The translations under genes were made by a program, and so were the position numbers. The notes beneath the pieces are model-generated. The model ran no database searches, was not told the origin of the DNA, and saw only the letters and a list, made by a program, of their open reading frames with translations. A stretch of DNA of 20,000 nt, from the sequence record SRR20825010_381, one strand, 5' to 3'. Every line of letters starts with the position of its first letter. The stretch's first letter is position 1. This document shows, in pieces, positions 17,621 through 20,000 of the stretch.

Positions 17621-18070
17621 ATGGCTACTTACGAGCATGTTTTCATCGCGCGGCAGGACGTAAATGCCTCGCAGGTGGAAAGCATCACTGCCGACTTCTC
17701 CAAGATCATCGAAGAGAATGACGGCAAGGTCGCTAAGACCGAATACTGGGGTCTCAAGAACCTCGCATACAAAATCAAAAAGAATCGCAAAGGCCACTAT
17801 GTTCTGATGAACATTGACGCGCCACACGCTGCTCTTGCTGAGATGGAGCGTCAAGCACGCCTTCATGAAGACGTAATTCGTTTCATGACTATCCGCGTTG
17901 AAGAGCTTGAAGCTGGCGATTCTATCGTACTTCGCGCTAAAGCTGACAAAGAGCGTCGCGGCCCTCGTCCAGATCGTGGCGATCGTGGTGACAACCGTGG
18001 TGACCGTGGTGACAGCCGCGGCGATCGTGGTGACCGCGGTGATAACCGTGGCGAAAGGAGGCCCCGCTAA
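17621..18070 (+). CDS. rpsF: 30S ribosomal protein S6
   Basis: [30 protein letters not shown] and [21 protein letters not shown]-repeat tail. Confidence 0.98.
   Translation: MATYEHVFIARQDVNASQVESITADFSKIIEENDGKVAKTEYWGLKNLAYKIKKNRKGHYVLMNIDAPHAALAEMERQARLHEDVIRFMTIRVEELEAGDSIVLRAKADKERRGPRPDRGDRGDNRGDRGDSRGDRGDRGDNRGERRPR
17972..18052 (+). repeat. Degenerate 9/12-bp tandem coding repeat (DRG / DNRG / DSRG) in the S6 tail
   Basis: GAYCGYGGY units interspersed with GAYARCCGYGGY; seven RGD tripeptides plus one RGE. Confidence 0.9.
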
Positions 18071-18300
18071 TGGCTGCTCGTCGTCCCTTTTTCCGCCGTC
18101 GTAAAACGTGTCCGTTTTCCGGTGAAAATGCACAAGTAATTGATTACAAAGACGTAAAACTGCTTCAGAAGTATGTTTCTGAGCGTGGCAAGATCGTTCC
18201 TAGCCGTATCACTGCCGTTTCTGCAAAGAAACAGCGTGAACTTGCTAAAGCAATCAAACGCGCCCGTAACATCGCCCTGCTGCCGTTTATCGTCAGCTAA
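18070..18300 (+). CDS. rpsR: 30S ribosomal protein S18 (single Cys, no zinc ribbon)
   Basis: [30 protein letters not shown] and AIKRAR..ALLP; TAATG overlap with rpsF. Confidence 0.98.
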   Translation: MAARRPFFRRRKTCPFSGENAQVIDYKDVKLLQKYVSERGKIVPSRITAVSAKKQRELAKAIKRARNIALLPFIVS

Positions 18301-18325
18301 TCGCTCACCCTAAAGGAGACATAAA

Positions 18326-18946
18326 ATGCAAGTCATCCTGCTGGAACGTGTCGAGAAACTCGGCCAGATGGGCGATGTCGTAACCGTTAAGGACGGTTTT
18401 GCCCGTAACTTCCTGCTGCCACAAAACAAAGCCCTTCGTGCTACGGCATCGAACAAAGCTGCGTTTGAGGCTGATAAAGCTCGCCTTGAAGCTGAAAACC
18501 TTGAGCGTCGTAAAGAAGCTGAAGCTGTTGCAGCCAAAATGGGCGACCTGAAAGTTGTTATGGTACGCGCTGCTGGTGAAAGCGGTCAGCTTTATGGTTC
18601 AGTATCAAGCCGTGATATCGCTGATGCTGTTACTGAAGCTGGTGTTGCTATCAGCCGTAACCAGGTTGTTCTCGACCGCGCAATCAAAACTCTTGGCTTG
18701 CACGACGTTGTTATTCGTCTGCACCCTGAAGTTACCAAGATTGTTGTTGTCAACATTGCCCGCTCTGAGGCTGAGGCAGAGACCCAGTTCTCAACTGGTT
18801 CTGCTGTAACAGGCGGTGTTTCTGATGACGACGATGTGGTTGAAGAAGAAGTTGTTGAAGAACTCTTCGAAGAAGAAGCGCCAGAAGAAGCTGTTGAAGA
18901 AGTGGCTGCTGCCGCTGAAGACGACGCTGAAAAAGCTGACGCTTGA
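18326..18946 (+). CDS. rplI: 50S ribosomal protein L9
   Basis: [37 protein letters not shown] and LHPEV; acidic tail; SD AAGGAG. Confidence 0.98.
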   Translation: MQVILLERVEKLGQMGDVVTVKDGFARNFLLPQNKALRATASNKAAFEADKARLEAENLERRKEAEAVAAKMGDLKVVMVRAAGESGQLYGSVSSRDIADAVTEAGVAISRNQVVLDRAIKTLGLHDVVIRLHPEVTKIVVVNIARSEAEAETQFSTGSAVTGGVSDDDDVVEEEVVEELFEEEAPEEAVEEVAAAAEDDAEKADA

Positions 18947-18966
18947 TCACACGCTAATACCTTTTG

Positions 18967-18994
18967 AAAAGGCGGCTTTCGAGCCGCCTTTTTT
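18967..18994 (+). terminator. Rho-independent terminator of rpsF-rpsR-rplI (possibly bidirectional)
   Basis: AAAA-GGCGGCT-TTCG-AGCCGCC-TTTTTT: 7-bp stem, UUCG loop, U6 tract and an upstream A4. Confidence 0.92.
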
Positions 18995-19008
18995 GTGTCT
19001 GCTGCCAG

Positions 19009-19064
19009 CCACTGTTAAGTTATCCCCGAAGTTATACCCCTGTGGAAAACTTAACAGTGGAAAA
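19009..19064. promoter_or_regulatory. Cluster of DnaA-box-like motifs overlapping a 13-bp inverted repeat upstream of dnaB
   Basis: Against TTWTNCACA: TTATCCCCG (19020-28, +, 2 mismatches), TTATACCCC (19032-40, +, 2), TTTTCCACA (19049-41, -, perfect) and TTTTCCACT (19064-56, -, 1). IR arms are CCACTGTTAAGTT (19009-21) and AACTTAACAGTGG (19048-60). Confidence 0.7.
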
Positions 19065-19179
19065 GCCAATTTAGCGGTTTCAACGCTTCCCTACCCTGTG
19101 GCATGGTCACGCCTCAAACGGGATGCGGTTCTGCTGCACATAAGGCCCGGCTCAGGGACAACACCACGGAGGGCTACCT

Positions 19180-20000
19180 ATGGAAGCGCTGAAGTCAGAC
19201 GCTGCCAACGACGAAGATCAATTGCCGCACTACCGCCAGCCACCTCACAACCTTGAGGCGGAACAAGCACTCCTTGGCTCTATTCTCGTTAACAATGAAG
19301 CTGCCCAGAAAGTTCAGGGCTTCCTGAACGCCGATCACTTTTTTGAGCCGGTGCATGGCCGCATTTATGATTCTGTCCTCAAACTGATGGACAAGAACCA
19401 GATAGCCGACCCGGTTAAGCTAAAACCCTATTTTGAAAACGATGAAGCGCTCAAGGATGTGGGCGGCGCGAAGTATCTTGTTCGCCTCGCAGCCTCAGCA
19501 GCCACCATCATCAATGCCGAAGACTACGGCCGTACCATCTATGATCTTGCCATGCGCCGCGCGCTTATTCAGATCGGGGAGCAGATGGTTAACGACGCGT
19601 ACGACGCCCCTGTTGACGCCGAAGCGAGCGAACAGATCTCGGACGCTGAAAAACAGCTCTTTGATCTGGCTGAGCTTGGACAGGCGGAGACAGGGGCGCA
19701 GGCATTCTCCCGCGCCCTAAGAACGGCCGTGGAGAACATTGAGAACGCATATAAGGACCCAGATAGTCTCTCAGGCGTTACAACGGGCCTTACGCGACTG
19801 AATGAAAAGATTGGCGGGCTGCATAACTCGGACCTCATGATTCTTGCTGGACGCCCAGCCATGGGGAAAACCGCGCTCGCCACCAATATCGCGTTCAATG
19901 CCGCAAAACGCTACGCTGATGACAAGCTGGCAGGCATTGATCCCGACCGCTCCAAAGGGGCGGTTGTCTGCTTCTTCAGCCTCGAGATGTCGGCCGACCA
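19180..20000 (+). CDS. dnaB: Replicative DNA helicase, 3' end outside the window
   Basis: Translated by hand (absent from the ORF track because no stop is in the window): ATG 19180 after SD GGAGGG; PPHNLEAEQALLGSIL, GVTTGL, GGLHNSDLMILAGRPAMGKT (Walker A) and FFSLEMSAD. Confidence 0.97.
   Translation, partial: MEALKSDAANDEDQLPHYRQPPHNLEAEQALLGSILVNNEAAQKVQGFLNADHFFEPVHGRIYDSVLKLMDKNQIADPVKLKPYFENDEALKDVGGAKYLVRLAASAATIINAEDYGRTIYDLAMRRALIQIGEQMVNDAYDAPVDAEASEQISDAEKQLFDLAELGQAETGAQAFSRALRTAVENIENAYKDPDSLSGVTTGLTRLNEKIGGLHNSDLMILAGRPAMGKTALATNIAFNAAKRYADDKLAGIDPDRSKGAVVCFFSLEMSAD

Noticed and set aside
17972..18052. Possible CRISPR-like or mobile repeat array
   Set aside because: The units are 9-12 bp, in frame, lack spacers and have no cas genes nearby; this is coding low complexity.
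17558..18133. 191-aa antisense ORF with TTV/TAV repeats
   Set aside because: It is the mirror of rpsF/rpsR; its repeats are the reverse complement of the RGD codons.
18995..19179. Chromosomal origin (oriC) at the DnaA-box cluster
   Set aside because: The region is under 200 bp, has no clear AT-rich unwinding element and lacks usual origin neighbours (hemE, dnaA, parAB). GC-skew analysis would be needed to exclude it fully.
19180..20000. Intein or other insertion in dnaB
   Set aside because: The visible part is colinear with ordinary DnaB apart from a short loop before GAVV typical of Alphaproteobacteria; the rest is outside the window.

Overview
This is a mostly housekeeping window from an alphaproteobacterial chromosome (taxonomy inferred from gene order and protein features). 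It carries a conserved block: ABC-F ATPase (5'-truncated), then holC-pepA, lptD-surA-pdxA-rsmA, gmk-yicC-mltG-fabF-acpP-fabG-fabD, rpsF-rpsR-rplI and dnaB (3'-truncated and missing from the ORF track). The only accessory-looking part is a ~2.3 kb, three-gene islet (1145-3465): a tandem double DUF417/RclC-like membrane protein, an alpha/beta hydrolase and a GNAT acetyltransferase coupled to holC. I found no mobile element, CRISPR array, tRNA or rRNA, and I cannot support a new multi-gene system. The best leads are non-coding: four DnaA-box-like motifs overlapping a perfect 13-bp inverted repeat upstream of dnaB, a 29-bp palindrome over a candidate acpP promoter, a MerR-like 19-bp-spacer promoter for the double DUF417 gene, and a structured rpsF leader. 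Also worth checking are a likely homopolymer frameshift at the end of the hydrolase and the absence of lptF/lptG before lptD.
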